Below, one piece after another: positions 62,697 to 64,000 of a DNA stretch of 64,000 bases. The notes beneath the pieces are model-generated. The model saw nothing but the letters and a program-made list of their open reading frames with translations, made no database searches and was not told where the DNA came from. The DNA is taken from positions 35,611-99,610 of the forward strand of contig JAURAC010000007.1 in the NCBI GenBank assembly GCA_030586555.1, read 5' to 3'. Source of the stretch: Candidatus Subterrananammoxibius californiae. Its GTDB lineage: Bacteria > Planctomycetota > Brocadiia > Brocadiales > Subterrananammoxibiaceae. Each line of letters starts with the position of its first letter. The first letter of the stretch is position 1. The position numbers and the translations under genes were made by a program.

Positions 62697-62990
62697 ATGA
62701 GGCTCGAGGTTGAATTATTAGACCTTGGTGGAGAGGTTGCTGACGAAGCAACGGTTTCTTGCTGGTATTTTGAGGAGGATGAAGAGGTCAGTGAAGGTGA
62801 AGACCTTGTAGAGATGCTTACGGATAAGTCTACCTTTAATATTACCGCTCCGATTAGTGGCCGTTTGGTGGAAATCTGTGCTCAGGAAGGTGACGTTGTA
62901 AAGGTTGGTGATGTAGTGGCAATCCTTGAAACAGAGGAAGAGGAAGAAGAGGAGGAGGAAGAAGAAGAAGAGGAAAAGGTTGAAGAGTGA
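62697..62990 (+). CDS. Stand-alone lipoyl/biotinyl-domain protein with poly-Glu tail
   Basis: EGEDLVEMLTDKS.F.I.AP.SG...GD.V.VG; strong SD AAGGAG. Confidence 0.8.
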   Translation: MRLEVELLDLGGEVADEATVSCWYFEEDEEVSEGEDLVEMLTDKSTFNITAPISGRLVEICAQEGDVVKVGDVVAILETEEEEEEEEEEEEEEKVEE

Positions 62991-63048
62991 AACGCACATT
63001 CTCCGGACTTGCTTTTCACGGTCTTTTCAAAACTAACTATATAGGATA

Positions 63049-64000
63049 ATGTCATTTAAAAGGATTTTATGTCAGAATAATGTTATTCAGCTTTTCCAGG
63101 GAATTATCGCAAAGGGACGCATTGCGCACGCATATATATTTACAGGCACGGATGGCGTGGGTAAGGCACTTTTTGCAAAGGAACTGGTAAAAACACTCTT
63201 TTGTGAGTCCGTGCAGAAAACAGCACGCGCCTTCTGTGAAGGCAACTACGTTTCCGTTGCGCTGGATGCCTGCGATAATTGCCGGACATGCCGAAGGGTT
63301 GAATCGGATAACCATCCCGATGTGCATTGGATTGTGCCTGAAAAAGAGGATAAGTTCATTAGGATTGAGTATATTCATGTCCTTCAAGACGATGTGGCTC
63401 TTAAACCTGTAGAGGCTGACCGCAAGGTATTCATTATTAGTGAAGCGAATAGGATGAATGAAGAGTCCTCTAATTGCCTGCTAAAGACGCTTGAAGAGCC
63501 TCCACCTGATACGATGATTATACTCATAACCACTTCAGTAAAATCTCTTAGGAAAACAATAACATCCCGCTGTCAGATTGTAAGATTTAACCCGTTTCCA
63601 TCCTCAACGGTAGAAGCCGAACTTGCCACAAGAACTCGTCCTGAACGTGTTTCAGGATTTGATACAAAGTCTGCCAAGGCTAATCTGTCTACTACGGCGG
63701 ACACCCGCCTCCAGAGGGTGCCTGAGGCACGACCAGAAGCGCTGAAGTGGATGGCTCAATTTTCCTGTGGCAGTCTTGGCAGGGCAGTAGAATTCTTAGA
63801 AAAAGGGATATACGAAAGGGCAAATTATATAACTAAAAGGCTCTCATCCTTAAAACTGGATGATATTTTCTCGTTTTCTAAGGAAATTGTGGAGTGGGAT
63901 TCATACCAGGGGGAAACCTCAGAGGAAAAGCGTTCACGCCTGAGGCTTATATTAGAAATCTTCTTGCAATTTTACCGAGATGCGCTGTTATTTAAAACCC
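63049..64000 (+). CDS. holB: DNA polymerase III delta' subunit (3'-truncated, missing from the ORF track)
   Basis: Manual translation: MSFKRILCQ...IAHAYIFTGTDGVGK...CDNCRTC...HPD...NCLLKTLEEPP...TITSRCQ. Confidence 0.9.
   Translation, partial: MSFKRILCQNNVIQLFQGIIAKGRIAHAYIFTGTDGVGKALFAKELVKTLFCESVQKTARAFCEGNYVSVALDACDNCRTCRRVESDNHPDVHWIVPEKEDKFIRIEYIHVLQDDVALKPVEADRKVFIISEANRMNEESSNCLLKTLEEPPPDTMIILITTSVKSLRKTITSRCQIVRFNPFPSSTVEAELATRTRPERVSGFDTKSAKANLSTTADTRLQRVPEARPEALKWMAQFSCGSLGRAVEFLEKGIYERANYITKRLSSLKLDDIFSFSKEIVEWDSYQGETSEEKRSRLRLILEIFLQFYRDALLFKT

Overview
Bacterial chromosomal window. Gene content suggests a Planctomycetota/Brocadiia-like organism (inference). Left to right it holds: (1) a Type I restriction-modification operon (hsdR partial, hsdS, hsdM) ending 94 bp from a XerCD dif-like site; (2) a ~22 kb + strand flagellin regulation/glycosylation island: fliW-csrA, six GT2-TPR paralogues, an acyltransferase-methyltransferase fusion, a ~2050-aa radical SAM/GT2/GT4/methyltransferase megaprotein, a triple-GT4 protein, and flagellin with a sigma28 -10 box and CsrA-type GGA hairpins, then fliS and flaG; (3) a long - strand housekeeping run: aroK, aroD-aroE fusion, leuA, ilvC, ilvH, ilvB, spoVG, ispE, rsmD, an acyl-CoA/propionyl-CoA/methylmalonyl-CoA cluster containing tyrosine phenol-lyase, a SpoIVB-type peptidase pair, truA, asd, rnhB; (4) a lipoyl-domain gene and partial holB. 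Two hidden patterns stand out. First, two integrase-free 629 and 668 bp DUF4258/YgiT zinc-finger toxin-antitoxin cassettes each sit between direct repeats of the 3' end of ilvC or ilvB. The ilvB copies differ only by synonymous changes within the coding part, as expected if small circles carrying a replacement gene end had integrated. Second, several families of GTAG...CTAC REP-like palindromes and heptamer arrays have invaded about 13 conserved genes in frame, adding peptide loops, and supply stop codons to four genes. The biotin-carrier gene is split at a site that looks like a -1 frameshift cassette. All calls were made by eye from sequence and motifs; no database search was run.
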